A DNA stretch of 64,000 nt from an uncultured Chloroflexia bacterium (GCA_963720755.1 CAVRGP010000011.1:903979-967978); one strand, 5' to 3'. Numbered from the stretch's first letter, positions 53,820 to 64,000 are shown. Numbers and translations are program-made. The notes: generated by a model from the letters alone, not told the origin.

Positions 53820-54602
53820 ATGGCCGGAAGCTCTAATCCACGCTTGAACCGACCCGCCTGGATCGACCTGTCCAGCCCGGATCCCGCGGCGTCCCGCGAG
53901 TTCTATTCGAGCCTGTTCGGGTGGAAGGTCGAGGTCTCGCCCGATCCGCAATACGGTGGCTACGGCATCGCCCGGCTGGCGGATGGGGGCGAGGACGTGG
54001 CCGGCATCGGCGGCAAGATGATGCCCGACGCGCCGACGACCTGGAACCTGTATATCGGGACGGATGACGCGGGGGCCCTCGGGTCTGCCGTGGAATCGGC
54101 CGGCGGAACGGTCATCGCCCCCGCCTTCGACGTCGGCGAGATGGGGCGCATGGCGGTCTTCGCGGACGCCATCGGTGCGGTCATTTCCGCATGGCAGCCG
54201 GCGGGGATGGGCAGCTTCCGTTCTGGCGATGTCGGCACGTTCGGATGGGCCGAGCTGAACGCGCGCGGGATCGACCAGGCGCACGCGTTCTACGGGTCGG
54301 TCTTCGGCTGGGCCGTGCATACGAGCCCGATGGGCGAGGGGATGGGGGACTACACCGAATTCCAACTCGACGGTCGGAGCATCCTGGGAGCGCTCGAGAT
54401 GATGCCGAGCATCCCGGCCGACGTCCCAAGCTACTGGATGGTCTACTTCAACGTGTCGGACATCGATGACGCGTTCAAGCGGGCGGTCGATGCGGGTGCG
54501 ACCGAGATGGTCGTCCCGTCACCGATGCCGGGGGGCCACTTCGCGATCGTCACCGACCCGCAGGGCGCCATGCTCGGACTCCTCAAGCTCGACCCGAGCT
54601 AG
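53820..54602 (+). CDS. VOC/glyoxalase family (two-domain, Cfp32-like)
   Basis: WIDL...FYSSLFGW, GRMAVFAD, WAEL, DPQGA. Confidence 0.92.
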   Translation: MAGSSNPRLNRPAWIDLSSPDPAASREFYSSLFGWKVEVSPDPQYGGYGIARLADGGEDVAGIGGKMMPDAPTTWNLYIGTDDAGALGSAVESAGGTVIAPAFDVGEMGRMAVFADAIGAVISAWQPAGMGSFRSGDVGTFGWAELNARGIDQAHAFYGSVFGWAVHTSPMGEGMGDYTEFQLDGRSILGALEMMPSIPADVPSYWMVYFNVSDIDDAFKRAVDAGATEMVVPSPMPGGHFAIVTDPQGAMLGLLKLDPS

Positions 54603-54638
54603 ACCAGGCGGGGCCCGCCTCGTCACGCCAGCGATCGG

Positions 54639-55220
54639 TCAGACGCGGTCGAGGAACTCCAGCACGCGTTTCGTGAGTAGCGCGGTCGCTTCGGCGTCGT
54701 ACGACGGGAGCGAGCTGTCGGCGAAGTAGTGCTGGTCGCCTGGGTAGAGGAAGAGTTCGGCGTCCTCGACCTTGTCCACGATCTCGCGAGCGGCCTCGAC
54801 GTCCCCCTCACCGACGAAGATCGGGTCGGCATCCATCCCGTGGATCTGGACCGGGACGCCATCCGGCCAGGGCCCGAACGCCCAGTCACCGCTGATCGGG
54901 ATGCACGAGTAGAAGAGCAGGGCACCCCGGGCACCGGGCCGCGTCTGGGCGAGCTTCTGGGCGGCCATCTCACCAAGCGAGAACCCCGCGTAGACGAGGT
55001 CGGCCGGGAGATCGTCGGCGGTGCGAACGCTCCGCTCCACGACCTCGTCCATGCCGATCTCGCGTGCGAAGGCAAGTCCTTCATCGATCGACCCGAACGT
55101 CCGGCCATCGAACAGGTCCGGCGTGTGGACGGTGTGCCCCGCCCCACGGAGATCGTCGGCGAACGCGCGGACCCCAGCGGTCAATCCCTGGGCGTGGTGG
55201 AACAGCAGGACTTCGGCCAT
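54639..55220 (-). CDS. Dienelactone hydrolase family protein
   Basis: LLFHHAQG, GFSLG, YPGDQHYF. Confidence 0.9.
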   Translation of the reverse strand: MAEVLLFHHAQGLTAGVRAFADDLRGAGHTVHTPDLFDGRTFGSIDEGLAFAREIGMDEVVERSVRTADDLPADLVYAGFSLGEMAAQKLAQTRPGARGALLFYSCIPISGDWAFGPWPDGVPVQIHGMDADPIFVGEGDVEAAREIVDKVEDAELFLYPGDQHYFADSSLPSYDAEATALLTKRVLEFLDRV

Positions 55221-55327
55221 GGGTGCCTCCGAGTGGATCTGATGGCGGGGACGCACGGGCAACTCTAACGGCTGCGGCGGAGTGCGGACTCCACAGGCGA
55301 CCCGAGGGGGTTGGTATCCTGCCGCCG

Positions 55328-56600
55328 GTGTCATCCATGGTCGCCAGGCCGATCGAGATCATCGTCCCGAATCGACTCGGGCGGAGGTTCCGTTGGCTCC
55401 TGTCCGCCGCGGTCGTCAACAACATCGGTGATGGGATCGTGCTCGCGGCCGGGCCGTTGCTGGTGGCGTCCCAGACGAGCGATCCATTCCTCGTGTCGAT
55501 GGCTGTCCTGAGCGAGTATCTCCCGACCCTGCTGTTCGGCGTCCTGGGCGGCGCGGCCGCGGATCGGTTCGACCGGCGTCGCATGGTGATCGTGGTGGAT
55601 CTCGTTCGCGCGGCCGCCCTGGTCGTCCTGGCGGCCACGATCTTGACCGGAGTCGTCAGCATCGCCGTCGTCCTGATCACGTTGTTCGTCCTCGGAACGG
55701 CGGAGACCCTCGCCGACTCGGCGAGCAGCGCGTTTCTCCCGAGCCTGGTGGCTCGTGACGATCTCGGGCTGGCCAACGCGCGCATGCAGGGTGCCTTCCT
55801 GCTCGCGAATCAGCTGGTGGCCCCGCCGATCGGAGCATTCCTGTTTGCGACCGGCATGGCCATCCCATTCGTGGCCAACGCCGTCTGTTTCCTGCTCGGC
55901 GCCGTGCTCGTTTCCCGGATCGTCGGCAGCGCGCGGATCGAGGTGCCGGAGCGAGCGAGCCTGCGGGCCGAGATGGCCGAGGGGATCCGATGGCTGCTTG
56001 GCCACCCACCGATGCGGACGCTTGCCCTCACCATCTTCACGTTCAACGTCACGTTCGGTGCCGCCTGGTCGGTCCTCGTCCTCTACGCCGGCGAGCGGCT
56101 CGGGATGGGTGCGGTCGGCTTCGGCCTGTTGACGACCGCGGTGGCTGTCGGTGGCATCGCCGGGACGCTGTCGTACGGCCGGCTGGAACGACGCTTCTCG
56201 CTGGGCGACATCATGCGGACGGGACTCCTCATCGAGACCGGCACCCACCTGTCGCTCGCCGTCACGACGTCATCCCGCCGTCGCACTGGCAACGCTGGTG
56301 GTGTTCGGCGCCCATGCGTTCGTGTGGGGGACGACCGCGGAAGTCGTCCGACAGCGGGCGGTCCCGGACGCGTTGCAGGGCCGGGTGACGGGCGTCTACC
56401 GCGTCGCGATCATCGGCGGACTGGTCATCGGGACGCCGATCGGCGGCCTCCTGGCGAGGTCCTACGGGATCACCGCCCCGTTCTGGTTCGGGTTCATCGG
56501 CTCGGCCCTGCTGGTCGCGGTCCTGTGGCGACACTTCGACAACATCGTCCACGCCGGCGATCCGCCCGTCGCCGCAGCCCTGTACGGCTCTATGAGTCGG
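55328..56600 (+). pseudogene. MFS transporter (H+ antiporter type), frameshift at ~56272; 3' end approximate
   Basis: GAAADRFDRRR, RQRAVPDALQGRV; second frame lacks a stop until 56852. Confidence 0.8.
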
Positions 56601-57477
56601 GTCGGTAGCCGACGAGCACCTCGCGCAGCCGGGCGGCGAACGCGTCGGGTTGGCCTGGCTGGCCGTACTCGTCGCCCAGGAACCCGCCATGGCCGCTCGG
56701 GAACGGGACGACATCGGTACCGAGGCGTTCGGCGACCGCTTCGGCGCCGCGGTGCGCCATCTCACCGCCCGACTCGACGCCCGCGGCGAGTACGATCCGG
56801 GTCGAGGCAGCACTCAACGCATCGAAGTCCGGCTCGTAATGCGTGCAGGTGACGACGTTCTGGAACAGCAAGGGGTCGGTGCGGGTGCCGTCGTCTTCGG
56901 CCGGCATCCCGAACATCGCTGGATCGGGCGCGGGTTGCATGGCGTATTCCGCGCTGATCGGTCCCTTGTGGCTGACGGCCACGATGAACTGCGCCATGCC
57001 CGCCCCGAACCCGTCACGCTGGTATGTGTCGGCGATCGCCTGGGTCAGCGCCATCGCGCCCTCTCGATCTGGCAGGACCGAGGCGAGCGGTGGCTCGTGC
57101 GCGACGAGCGTCCGGACCTGCTCGGGATGCTTCGAAACGAAGGCCAGCGCGTTGACCGCGCCGCCGCTGCTCGCGAAGAGGTCGACCGGACCCATGTCGA
57201 GTGCCTCGACCAGTCGATGGAGGTCGTCGGCGTGCTCGTCGGGCGTCGACACGCTTGCGGGATCCGTCTTTGCGCTGCGCTCGACGCCGCGCGGATCGTA
57301 GGTGATCACTGTCCGGTCCGGGAAGTGGCTGGCAAGGGTGCGGAAGCCGCTGGCGCCCATCGGTGACCCGATCACGAGCAGCGGTCGGGTAGGGGAGTCG
57401 GCGCGGCGGACGTCGTAGGTCAGGACGGCCCCAGGGACCTCCAGGGTGTCGGTCGCCGGCTCGGTTGCCGTGGTCAT
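56590..57477 (-). CDS. Alpha/beta hydrolase
   Basis: TYDPRG, FASSGGA, VAHEPP, FPSGHGGF. Confidence 0.9.
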   Translation of the reverse strand: MTTATEPATDTLEVPGAVLTYDVRRADSPTRPLLVIGSPMGASGFRTLASHFPDRTVITYDPRGVERSAKTDPASVSTPDEHADDLHRLVEALDMGPVDLFASSGGAVNALAFVSKHPEQVRTLVAHEPPLASVLPDREGAMALTQAIADTYQRDGFGAGMAQFIVAVSHKGPISAEYAMQPAPDPAMFGMPAEDDGTRTDPLLFQNVVTCTHYEPDFDALSAASTRIVLAAGVESGGEMAHRGAEAVAERLGTDVVPFPSGHGGFLGDEYGQPGQPDAFAARLREVLVGYRPDS

Positions 57478-57992
57478 CGTGCCTCTCCTCCCGGTGCGAC
57501 AGCGTCCTCCCTGAGGATCGCGTCGATCTGGCCGACCGCCTGGGTCAGGCCCTCTTCCATGCCCATCGCGAGCACCTGCTCCATCGCCTCGATGCTCGGG
57601 AAGTGACTCTCGATCGACATCCGGGTTCGCCCACCGTCGATCGGTTCGATGGTCACCCGGCCCTCGTTGCGTGGGAAGTCGTCATTCGGCGTCCCATCGG
57701 CGTTCGCGAAGCCATCGAGGAATACCAGTCGACGCGGCGGATCCGCCTCGAGGACGTCCCAGTAGCCATGCGGTTGGTCGCCGCTCGGTCCGGTCATGTG
57801 GTACTCGACGCGGCTGCCGACCGCCAGGTCATGCCTGGTGAAGGTGGCCGGGTAGGTCGGTGGGCCCCACCAGCGCTCGAGCTGGCGCGGATCCGCCCAG
57901 AGTTGCCAGACGCGCGTCGGTGGCGCATCGAACTCGGCGGTCAGGGTCATCGTGTGGGCCTCGGGATCCTTCTGGACGGCGATGACGGTCAT
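57474..57992 (-). CDS. SRPBCC (AHSA1-like) domain protein
   Basis: FDAPPTRVWQLWADP...WWGP, GMEEG. Confidence 0.92.
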   Translation of the reverse strand: MTVIAVQKDPEAHTMTLTAEFDAPPTRVWQLWADPRQLERWWGPPTYPATFTRHDLAVGSRVEYHMTGPSGDQPHGYWDVLEADPPRRLVFLDGFANADGTPNDDFPRNEGRVTIEPIDGGRTRMSIESHFPSIEAMEQVLAMGMEEGLTQAVGQIDAILREDAVAPGGEAR

Positions 57993-58336
57993 TCGATGGG
58001 GTCCTCCATGCTGGCGATGAGCGCATCCATCCGGTCGATCCGGCCGCGCCACAACGCTTCGTACTGATCGAGCACGCCGCGCGCGAGGCGGAGCCCGTCG
58101 ATGTTGGTCCGGACCACCTTGCGTCGGCCCGTGCGCTCCTTGGTGACCAGGCCGGCCCGCTCGAGGACGGCGACGTGCTTTTGCACGGCCGCGAAGCTCA
58201 TCGGGTAGTGCCCGGCCAGTTCGGCGATGCCTTCGTCGCCGTTCAACGCGCGCAGGACGATGTCGCGCCGGGTGGCGTCACCCAGGGCGGCGAAGATCTG
58301 GTCGGCGTTGAAGACGAGTTGCATTGGTACAACCAT
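57989..58336 (-). CDS. ArsR/SmtB family regulator
   Basis: FAALGDATRRDI, AVQKHVAVLERAGLV. Confidence 0.92.
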   Translation of the reverse strand: MVVPMQLVFNADQIFAALGDATRRDIVLRALNGDEGIAELAGHYPMSFAAVQKHVAVLERAGLVTKERTGRRKVVRTNIDGLRLARGVLDQYEALWRGRIDRMDALIASMEDPIE

Positions 58337-58345
58337 ATGGTTGTA
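58328..58345. promoter_or_regulatory. Perfect 18-bp palindrome, likely ArsR operator
   Basis: TACAACCAT-ATGGTTGTA overlapping the ArsR start codon. Confidence 0.8.
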
Positions 58346-58854
58346 TGACGAGGGATGTCGAGCAGCTCGCGGACGGCGGCTGGAACTGCGAGGTCGAGAA
58401 CGGCGCGATGGTGTCGTCGTTCGCCACGACGATCAATGTCCTCGAGGGTCTGCTCGAGTACGAGCGGGTGATCGGCGGCTCGGCCAGGGTAGGGGAGGCC
58501 CGTCGCCGAGGCGAGGCGTACCTGCTGGATCGCCGATTGTTCCGCCGGAAGTCGACCGGCGAGGTGATCGACCCCGATTGGCTCCGGTTCTCGTTCCCGA
58601 GCTGGTGGCATTACGACGTCCTGCGCGGGCTCGACTACTTCCGGAGCACCGGAGAGGAGCCCGACGAGCGCGTCGCCGAGGCGGTCGGCATCGTCCACAG
58701 CAATGCTGACCGGGACGGCCGGTGGCCGCTCCAGAACGTCTTTGGCGGCGAGGCATACTTCACGATGGAGGATGGCGAGGGCAAGTCGAGCCGCTGGAAC
58801 ACGCTCCGTGCGCTGCGCATCCTGGAATGGTTCGGGCGAAAGGGTGATCGATGA
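58345..58854 (+). pseudogene. C-terminal fragment of a prenyltransferase/squalene-cyclase-fold protein
   Basis: Q..DGGWNC, YDVLRGLDY, DGRWPL, SRWNTLRALRIL; the N-terminal half seems missing. Confidence 0.7.
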
Positions 58855-59002
58855 TCAGGACTCGCACGAGGATGTCAAGCGGCACGACATGCTGGCACAC
58901 TTCACCGTGGAGGACGGGGAAGGCAAGCCGAGCCGCTGGAACACGCTCCGTGCGATGCGCATCCTCGAATGGTTCGGGCGCAGGAGTGATCGATGATCAG
59001 GA
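58752..59002 (+). repeat. Imperfect direct repeat, 2 x 109 bp (58752-58860, 58894-59002)
   Basis: 12 mismatches, no gaps, period 142 bp. Confidence 0.92.
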
Positions 59003-60392
59003 ATCGAGACCTTGACCGACTGCGGCGGTCGTTCGGCGGCGAGGTCATGACGCCCACCGACGCCGGCTACGACGATGCCCGCCGGCTATGGAATGCTGTG
59101 CACGATGGGCGTCCCGCGCTCGTGGTACGTCCAAGAACGGCTGATCAGGTCGCGACCGCGATCCTCTTTTCGCGCGACCTCGGGCTCGAGATCGCGGTCA
59201 AGTCCGGCGGGCACAGCCCGGCGGGACATTCGACCTGCGACGGTGGCCTCGTCGTCGACATGTCCGCGATGCGCGGCGTCGAGGCCGACGGGTCCACGCG
59301 CATCGCCCGCGCGAACGGCGGGGCGCTCCTGGGCGAGTTGGACGTCGCGGCCCAGGCCCATGGGCTTGGTCTGTCCCAACGGGACGGTCGGTCACACCGG
59401 CGTCGCCGGCCTGACCCTGGGCGGTGGTGTCGGCAGGCTGCAGCGCAACTTCGGCCTCACGATCGACCACCTGGCGGCCGTGGAGCTGGTGACCTCGGAT
59501 GGCCGGTTCGTACGCGCGAGTGAGACGGAGGAGCCCGAGTTGTTCTGGGGGATCCGCGGCGCCGGCTGGAATTTCGGGATCGTCACGGCCTTCGAATTCC
59601 GGCTCGAGCCGTTCGGGCCATCGCTCCACCGGGGGTTCTCGATCTACCCGATGGATCAGATCCAGGAGGCATGGACCATCTTTCGTGACTACGCGCCGGG
59701 CGCGCCCGATTCGGTGTCGGTCATCTTTGGTCTCGATCGGGCAGGGGAGGACGAGGGCACGCCTGACGATCTGAATGGGCAACCGATCGCCTACATCGCG
59801 TACAACCACAGCGGCGCGGCAGACCGCGCCGAGCGAGACACCGCCGGGCTCCGCCGCGGGTCGACCCCGGTGTTTACGAACGTGGGCAGCCAGTCGTATC
59901 TGGACGTCCAGGTCGCGCACGACCTCGTCTTCGACTGGGGCCACCGGTCGTACTTCGTCGGGTTCAATGCCGTCGACCTGCATCCGGAGGCGCTGCCGGA
60001 ACTCGTCGAACTCGTGGCGCAGGCTCCGGGCCGGTCAACGTTCTCGGTCACAGCGCTCGGTGGCGCGATCGGCCGGGTCGACGAGGACGCAACGGCGTAT
60101 GCCGGCCGCGCTGCGCCGTTCGACTTCAGCACCGACACGGCATGGGACGATCCGGCCGACGACGAGGCGAACCGGCGATGGGTTCGACAAGTCGTCAGCG
60201 ATCGTCGAATCAAGCGCCACGCTCGGCCGCTATGCGAACGGCACCGGCGACTCTGGTCCCCAGGTATCACGCCTGATCTACGGCGACGCGAAATTCGACC
60301 GACTGGCCCGTCTCAAGCGCGACTGGGACCCGGACAACGTCTTCCACCTGAACCACAATGTGGCTCCTGTGTGGCAGGAGGGCGACTCATGA
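58993..60392 (+). pseudogene. FAD-binding oxidoreductase (BBE-like), two frameshifts (~59363, ~60197)
   Basis: KSGGHS, TGVAGLTLGGG, ELFWGIRGAG.NFGIVT, LKRDWDPDNVF across three frames. Confidence 0.85.
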
Positions 60393-60997
60393 AACTGTCC
60401 GCGATGCTTTTCGTGACCCTCGACGGCGTGTACCAGGGCCCAGGGGCGCGCGACGAGGACCGCCGGGGCGGGTTCGAGCGCGGCGGGTGGCTGGCCCCGT
60501 ACGCCGACAAGGAGACGTTCCAGTTCATCACCTCGGTGTACGAGCGCGCGGACGCGTTGTTGCTCGGGCGCGAGACCTGGGACATCTGGGCGTCGTATTG
60601 GCCGGAACATGACGGCGGCGATCCGGTCTCTCACGGCATCAATGTGCTCCCCAAGTTCGTGCCCTCGAGCACGCTCAAGGACCCGACCTGGCAGAACACC
60701 CATGTCATCGGGGGTGACGTCGAGGCGGCGGTCCGCGAACTCAAGGCGGAGCCCGGGCGAGAACTCCAGGTCCATGGCAGCGGCGCCCTGCTGCGGTGGT
60801 TGCTCGAGCGCGACCTCGTCGACGAGCTCCACCTGCTCATCTATCCGGTCGTCGTCGGCGACGGCCTGCGCCTGTTCCCGGAGCGAGGCCCGACGCACGA
60901 CCTGGCGCTGCTCGAATCGAAGGTGATGCCGAATGGCGTCACGATCCAGACGTATCGACCGGCCGGACGCGCTACCTTCGGCGACATCGTGGACTGA
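60389..60997 (+). CDS. Dihydrofolate reductase-like (RibD C-terminal) protein
   Basis: FVTLDGVYQGPG, LLGRETW, HGSGAL, LVDELHL.IYPVVVGDG; ATGA coupling. Confidence 0.9.
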   Translation: MKLSAMLFVTLDGVYQGPGARDEDRRGGFERGGWLAPYADKETFQFITSVYERADALLLGRETWDIWASYWPEHDGGDPVSHGINVLPKFVPSSTLKDPTWQNTHVIGGDVEAAVRELKAEPGRELQVHGSGALLRWLLERDLVDELHLLIYPVVVGDGLRLFPERGPTHDLALLESKVMPNGVTIQTYRPAGRATFGDIVD

Positions 60998-61051
60998 CCC
61001 GAGATCCGACCCGACCGGCCATCCAGCCACCAACCCGAAAGCAAAGTCCGA

Positions 61052-61714
61052 CTACGAGCCGAGCAGCTTCCAGGTGCCCTCGGAGACGACGTCGACGCTG
61101 CCGTCGACGACCCGGATGGCGGTCTGGTCGTCGATGGCGTACGCGGTGCCGCCGATGTCGGCCGCCCAGCGCTCTGCCTCCGGGAGTGTGTTCGTCGGGA
61201 AGACGTCCAGGTGCGGGAAGATCGAGAAGTCGACGATCCCCAGGGTGCGGTCGTCCGGCGCCGACGGCCACTCCACGAAGAGGTCGCCGATCCGCGGGGT
61301 CATCACCATGCTTCCGGCGCTCACCCCCACCCAGGTCGTGTCGGGCATCGAGGGGAGGAGGTCCGCAAGCCCGGAGGCTCGCATCCAGTGGCACAGGTAC
61401 GTCGCGTCGCCGCCATCCACGAGCAGGACGTCGGCGTCTCGGACCCATGGGACCCAGCGCTCCGTGCCGATCGTGGGCAGGGCGGTCAGCTCGAGGAGGC
61501 CTAGCGACTTCCATCCCAGCGAGGTGAGGCCACCCCACGGGGGCAGACCGCTGACGAACCCCCGCACCGAGGTCGGACCGCACATCGGGTGGCCCCACTG
61601 TGCCGTCGGGATGCAGAGCGCCGTGGAATCGCCGATCGGCTTGCCCAGCAGGTCGACCAGCGCGTCGCGGATGCTCGTATTCGTGACACCCCCGGATGTG
61701 AGGAGAAGTTTCAC
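61052..61714 (-). CDS. Peptidase S51 (peptidase E-like)
   Basis: LLLTSGG, CIPTA, DGGDA.YL, GVSAGS, IFPHL. Confidence 0.88.
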   Translation of the reverse strand: MKLLLTSGGVTNTSIRDALVDLLGKPIGDSTALCIPTAQWGHPMCGPTSVRGFVSGLPPWGGLTSLGWKSLGLLELTALPTIGTERWVPWVRDADVLLVDGGDATYLCHWMRASGLADLLPSMPDTTWVGVSAGSMVMTPRIGDLFVEWPSAPDDRTLGIVDFSIFPHLDVFPTNTLPEAERWAADIGGTAYAIDDQTAIRVVDGSVDVVSEGTWKLLGS

Positions 61715-61805
61715 GATCACTCCTTGCCGAATGCAACGGGCAGGTGTGGCCCGCGACGCAACGTCTGAGGGCCGTCCCGCGTCCTAGTCCTGCCGGCCGA
61801 GACGA

Positions 61806-63971
61806 ATGTCGCATGACAAATTCACGTGCACAAGCGAAGATGTCGCGGCTGCCAGGGACGAGGCCCGTCGCCGGCCAAGCGTGCATGAGCATCTGATGAC
61901 CGACCTGCCCAACTCGGGAACCGACCCGGAAACCAGCGCCGCCACGGCGGACGGCGATGTAACGCCCGAGACCGGGGCAGATGCCACCGAGCCCGCCTTC
62001 GACATCGCCGCAGCGGCGGGGGACGTGACCTCGCCCGAAATCGACGAGCTCGCCGGGGCGACCGCGAATGCCGGATCGCCGGCTGCTGAAGCCGTCCGGG
62101 CTGATGCGACCATTGTCGGTGCGCCTGTGCCGGTCGGGCCGCTCGATAGCGTCCCACCGTCTCGGCCCCGGCGCCGTCGGTCGCTCGCCCTCCGGTTCGG
62201 GATCTCGCTCGTTGTCGGATTCCTGCTCGCCATGGGCATCGCCGCCGGCGTCGCGTATGCATGGGGCCAGCAATACGAAGGACGGATCCTGCCCGGTGTC
62301 CGCGTTGGCAACATGGAAGTCGGTGGGCTCACGCGCGACCAGGCAGACGCCCAGATCGCGAATGCCTATGGCTCGCTCACCACGGGGCAGATCACGCTCA
62401 CCGGCCCGGACGATCAGACCACGACCATCAGTTACACCGACGTTGGCCGCCGTCCGGACACCTCCGCGCTCGTCGACGCGGCGCTTGCGGCAGGACGCCA
62501 GGACGGGCCTCTCATGAACCTCATCAGTGAACCGCGCGCGGCGCTTCACGGGGTAACCGTCGACCCGACCGCCACCTACGACCGTGACAAGCTGGAGGCC
62601 GCCGTCGCGGCCTTCGCCTCGACGATCGACCAGAAACCCGTGGACGCCTGGATGTGGGCCGGCCAAAACGGAACGTTCAGCGTCTTCCCGGCGAAGGACG
62701 GCCGCGCCGTTGACACGGCTGCCCTGCTGACCGCGCTCGACCCGCAGCTCTCCGCACTCGACGCGCCGGCGTCGATCAAGATGGCGGTGCCGGTCGTGGC
62801 CCTGGCACCTGCGGTCGCTACCGCCACGGTCGAGGCGGCGAAGTCCGCCGCGGATCGGATGGCTGCCGCCGTGGTCATCACCCGTGGCGAGGACACCTGG
62901 ACGATCGCCGGCACGAGCCTCGCGCCATTGATCTCGTTCTCAACGGCGACCGACGGGACCATCGCGCCGGTCCTTGACGAGTCAGGCCTGGATCCGATCG
63001 TCGCGACACTGGCACAGAAGGTCGACCAGAAGGTGCGGAACGCCGGATTCAAGCTGGTGAACGGTCACGTCGTCGCCACTGGCAGCAGCCGCGAAGGGCG
63101 CACCCTCGACACGGCCAGCATGAAGGCCGCGATCATCAGCGCGATCGGGGCGCGGCGCGCGGGCGCGGTGGCCATGCCGGTCCCGGCAGTCGTCAAAGCC
63201 GTCGCTCCGAAGCTGACCACCGCGGACGCCCAGGCGTTTGCCCCGAAGATGAAGGACATCAGCTCGTACAGCATCTACTACTGGATCATCGTCAACAACC
63301 ACTGGGGCGGGAACATCGAGGGACCGGCCACGGTGATCAACGGCACGGTCGTGCCGGCGGGCGCGAAGTTCGACTTCTGGAAGGTGGTCGGCGACCTGCA
63401 CGACGCCCCAGGGGTTGGCCCCGGCAACGCGATCGAGGGCGGGAAGATCACGGTCACCGGCGCGTTCGGTGGCGGCATCTGCACGACCTCGACCACGCTG
63501 TTCAACGCGGCCTTCCGGGCAGGCATGATCCCGCTCGCGCGACAGAACCACAACGAGTTCATCGACCGGTATCCGCCCGGCCTCGATGCGACCGTGTGGA
63601 TCGTCGACAACGCCAAGCAGACCATGAGCTTCCGGAACGACACCGAGTACCCGATCCTGATCACCCGGTCCGTCACCCGCGCGGGCAGCAAGCACTGGCT
63701 GACGTTCCATATCTGGAGCGTCCCGAACCACCGGAAGGCCAAGATCAGCAACCTGGTCATCCAGCACGGCCCGAACGCGGTCGACACAGTCGTGAACGAT
63801 CCGACCAAGCCTGTCGGGTACTACTACCGCAACAACTACCCGGCGAACGGCGCCAAGGTGGCGGTCACCGTGACGATCTACGACCACGGCAAGGAACATT
63901 GGTCGAAGCGGTACTTCTCGAACTATCCCGCGGTCAACGGCGTCCTCGTCAGGGGGACCAAGAAGGCCTGA
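61806..63971 (+). CDS. VanW family protein with TM anchor and PG-binding repeats
   Basis: TM, GRILPGVRVG, GGGICTTSTTLFNAAF, YPPGLDATV, FRNDT.YPILI; start may be ATG 61896. Confidence 0.9.
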   Translation: MSHDKFTCTSEDVAAARDEARRRPSVHEHLMTDLPNSGTDPETSAATADGDVTPETGADATEPAFDIAAAAGDVTSPEIDELAGATANAGSPAAEAVRADATIVGAPVPVGPLDSVPPSRPRRRRSLALRFGISLVVGFLLAMGIAAGVAYAWGQQYEGRILPGVRVGNMEVGGLTRDQADAQIANAYGSLTTGQITLTGPDDQTTTISYTDVGRRPDTSALVDAALAAGRQDGPLMNLISEPRAALHGVTVDPTATYDRDKLEAAVAAFASTIDQKPVDAWMWAGQNGTFSVFPAKDGRAVDTAALLTALDPQLSALDAPASIKMAVPVVALAPAVATATVEAAKSAADRMAAAVVITRGEDTWTIAGTSLAPLISFSTATDGTIAPVLDESGLDPIVATLAQKVDQKVRNAGFKLVNGHVVATGSSREGRTLDTASMKAAIISAIGARRAGAVAMPVPAVVKAVAPKLTTADAQAFAPKMKDISSYSIYYWIIVNNHWGGNIEGPATVINGTVVPAGAKFDFWKVVGDLHDAPGVGPGNAIEGGKITVTGAFGGGICTTSTTLFNAAFRAGMIPLARQNHNEFIDRYPPGLDATVWIVDNAKQTMSFRNDTEYPILITRSVTRAGSKHWLTFHIWSVPNHRKAKISNLVIQHGPNAVDTVVNDPTKPVGYYYRNNYPANGAKVAVTVTIYDHGKEHWSKRYFSNYPAVNGVLVRGTKKA

Positions 63972-64000
63972 CACGCTGCCCGATCGTCCGTATCTCCGAT

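Noticed and set aside
58752-59002. Direct repeat as att sites or IS target duplication
   Set aside because: No integrase or transposase nearby, only 33 bp between copies, and the copies are diverged coding sequence
59075-60997. 640-aa FAD oxidase-DHFR fusion ORF in the track
   Set aside because: Artefact of two frameshifts; the oxidase C-terminus is in another frame and DHFR has its own coupled ATG at 60389
61806-63971. Vancomycin-resistance cluster
   Set aside because: Stand-alone VanW-domain protein with no vanHAX or vanRS in the window

Overview
High-GC bacterial chromosomal window. Gene content and order suggest Chloroflexota, possibly the Ellin6529/Limnocylindria type; this is an inference only. 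Bases 1-29.9 kb hold a conserved core block: pyrH-frr-uppS-cdsA-dxr-rseP-ispG, nusA-ylxR-infB-rbfA-nrnA-truB-ribF, pduO, rpsO-pnp, then asd-udg-rnj-ftsK-rodZ-cinA-murC-SnoaL-yajQ-TPP enzyme. Bases 30-64 kb are an accessory mosaic of small stress/detoxification genes, two adenylate cyclase-STAND NTPases, a TetR-ABC exporter, SPFH/prolyl oligopeptidase, ArsR-SRPBCC and VanW. The most notable feature is the housekeeping PNPase (860 aa), which carries an in-frame ~160 aa DnaQ/PolC-type DEDDh 3'-5' exonuclease with intact catalytic motifs inserted into its helical domain. Other notable items: ylxR has no canonical start codon (GTA overlapping the nusA stop); a structured uORF/anti-SD leader precedes the SPFH gene; the UDG ends in a beta-clamp motif; RibF has lost its kinase motifs; a diverged 109-bp duplication sits at a gene junction; and seven small frameshifts may be assembly errors. 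No rRNA, tRNA, CRISPR array or transposase was seen.
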